39,797 nucleotides of DNA from positions 1 through 39,797 of the forward strand of contig CAJXYC010000001.1 of assembly GCA_913063365.1 (NCBI GenBank). The letters are read 5' to 3'. This document shows, piece after piece, positions 38,234-39,797 of this stretch. Within the stretch, counting starts at the first letter, position 1. Each line of letters opens with the position of its first letter. The position numbers were made by a program, and so were the translations under genes. The notes under the pieces are model-generated. The model made no database searches, was not told the origin of the DNA, and worked only from the letters and a program-made list of their open reading frames with translations. This DNA is from an uncultured Cellulomonadaceae bacterium (GTDB lineage Bacteria; Actinomycetota; Actinomycetes; Actinomycetales; Microbacteriaceae).

Positions 38234-39780
38234 TGTCCCAGCCAGCGGTCAGTGTGAACCAGCCCGATTCCGGATTCACGGACCGTGTCACGCGACTGAC
38301 CGAGGGCAAATACTGTTCCCGGATAGCCGCCAAAGAGGCGGGTCTGTGGGGTGCGGAGGCGACGTCGGAAGCATCAATCCGTCTGGGCTGGACCAACCCA
38401 CCGGCGGCGATGTTTGAGACGGTGTCCGAGGTGTCGCAGCTTCGCGACGAGCTTTCTGAACAAGGGGTGACCCGGGTTGTGCTCTGCGGCATGGGCGGAT
38501 CATCGCTTGCTCCCGAGGTGATGGCCCGCGCTCACGGGGCACCACTAGAAGTCCTTGATTCGACGCATCCAGACCACGTTCGGGCCGTCGTCGATCGAGA
38601 CCTCGTTGACACGGTGGTGGTGGTCTCCTCCAAGTCGGGCACCACGGTGGAAACAGCCACCGCAAAGGCGAGCTTCGAGGAAGCGTTCCACGCGCAGGGC
38701 ATAGAGCCAAAAGAGCGAATCATCATCGTGACGGATCCCGGCTCGCCCCTCCACACTGATTCAGAAAAAGCCGGGTATCGAGTCTTTCTCTCAGACCCCC
38801 ACGTCGGGGGCCGCTTCTCGGCCTTGACCGCCTTCGGACTTGTTCCCGCCACCCTGGCAGGCGTGAACACTGCGGAGGTGCTTCAGCAGGCACAGTCAAT
38901 GCACGAACAGATGGCCAGTGACAGTGCTGACAATCCAGCAGTGTCTCTTGCCGCCGCCCTCTCGAGTACTGAGAGAGACATGATGTGTCTGATCGAGGAA
39001 GAGAATCTTCCCGGATTTGGAGATTGGGTAGAGCAGCTTGTGGCCGAGTCCACGGGCAAAGACGGCAAAGGCGTGCTCCCCATCGTGGCCGGTGGTGTTG
39101 GCCCTGATGCCGATCTGGCTGATGTCGTGACCGTCTCGCGGGGCCCGGAATCAGACGTGAGTGTGCACACCTCCCTCGGTGGTGGCTTTGTGCTGTGGGA
39201 GTGGGTCACTGCGCTGGTGGGAGCCCTCATTGGTGTGAATCCATTCGACCAACCGGACGTGGAGAGCGCCAAAATTGCCGCCAGGGCCTTGTTGGACGAG
39301 CTTCCGACGAGGCCAGATGCGCTTCGGACAGACGGCATTGACATCTGGCTTTCTGGAAGCAATGAACAGTCCCGCTCGATCGACGACGCGGTCGAGACGC
39401 TCTTCCATCAGGTCTCGCCATCTGGCTATCTGGCCATCCAGATGTATGTCAACCGACTGAGCACACAAGACGACAATCTCCGGTCAGAGGTCGCCGCTCG
39501 CCTCGGTAGACCGGTGACGGTTGGCTTTGGTCCTCGTTTCCTCCATTCCACCGGCCAGCTCCATAAGGGTGGCCCTGACGATGGCGTCTTTGTCCAGATT
39601 GAGTGGCAGGCAGACGAGGATCTTTCCATTCCCGGCTACCCCTTTAGCTATCAACAGCTGATTGACGCCCAAGCCTGGGGTGACCGGTCCGTGCTCGTCG
39701 AGCGTGGAAGGCCAGTATTGACCCTGCGTGTGCGCGACCAAGCCGGTTTCGACCGGGCGCTTCGCGCACTGCGGGGATAG
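38233..39780 (+). CDS. pgi: Glucose-6-phosphate isomerase (actinobacterial tal-linked type)
   Basis: GMGGSSL, SSKSGTT.ET, VGGRFSAL, EQLVAESTGK, NPFDQPDVE.AK, GPRFLHSTGQLHKGGP. Confidence 0.93.
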   Translation: MSQPAVSVNQPDSGFTDRVTRLTEGKYCSRIAAKEAGLWGAEATSEASIRLGWTNPPAAMFETVSEVSQLRDELSEQGVTRVVLCGMGGSSLAPEVMARAHGAPLEVLDSTHPDHVRAVVDRDLVDTVVVVSSKSGTTVETATAKASFEEAFHAQGIEPKERIIIVTDPGSPLHTDSEKAGYRVFLSDPHVGGRFSALTAFGLVPATLAGVNTAEVLQQAQSMHEQMASDSADNPAVSLAAALSSTERDMMCLIEEENLPGFGDWVEQLVAESTGKDGKGVLPIVAGGVGPDADLADVVTVSRGPESDVSVHTSLGGGFVLWEWVTALVGALIGVNPFDQPDVESAKIAARALLDELPTRPDALRTDGIDIWLSGSNEQSRSIDDAVETLFHQVSPSGYLAIQMYVNRLSTQDDNLRSEVAARLGRPVTVGFGPRFLHSTGQLHKGGPDDGVFVQIEWQADEDLSIPGYPFSYQQLIDAQAWGDRSVLVERGRPVLTLRVRDQAGFDRALRALRG

Positions 39781-39797
39781 GGAGCACAAGGGGCGAT

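Noticed and set aside
1-39797. CRISPR arrays, IS elements, rRNA or long tandem repeats
   Set aside because: Nearly all sequence is assigned to conserved coding genes, spacers are under 200 bp, and no periodic repeats were seen by eye.

Overview
Gene-dense, GC-rich core-chromosome segment of an actinobacterium. Gene order and protein types point to a small-genome member of the Microbacteriaceae (inference). Left to right: a FabL-like SDR and a GDPD; the lnt-helY-tatC-tatA-pafC-pafB-fkbp-trmI-HAD block with a PAC2 gene and uppP, i.e. the classic Pup-proteasome neighbourhood but with arc/dop/pup/prcBA/pafA absent; tRNA-Leu(GAG); an imuA'-imuB-dnaE2 mutagenesis cassette whose promoter carries both a perfect actinobacterial LexA box and a PafBC (RecA-NDp)-type motif; sirtuin, histidine phosphatase, YbaK, treS, a DEDDh exonuclease, L31 type B, an ABC ATPase, glgC, serB, fabG; a DUF3099-small Cys/His protein-SURF1 operon; sufB-sufD-Rieske-sufC-sufT; ctaA, ctaB; tkt-tal-pgi. 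No mobile element, CRISPR array or defence island was seen. The most interesting signals are regulatory and evolutionary: the dual PafBC/LexA mutasome promoter, the clean loss of the pupylation genes, a candidate non-FabI enoyl-ACP reductase, and widespread leaderless starts and overlapping convergent gene ends. Functional calls come from motif recognition only; no searches were run.
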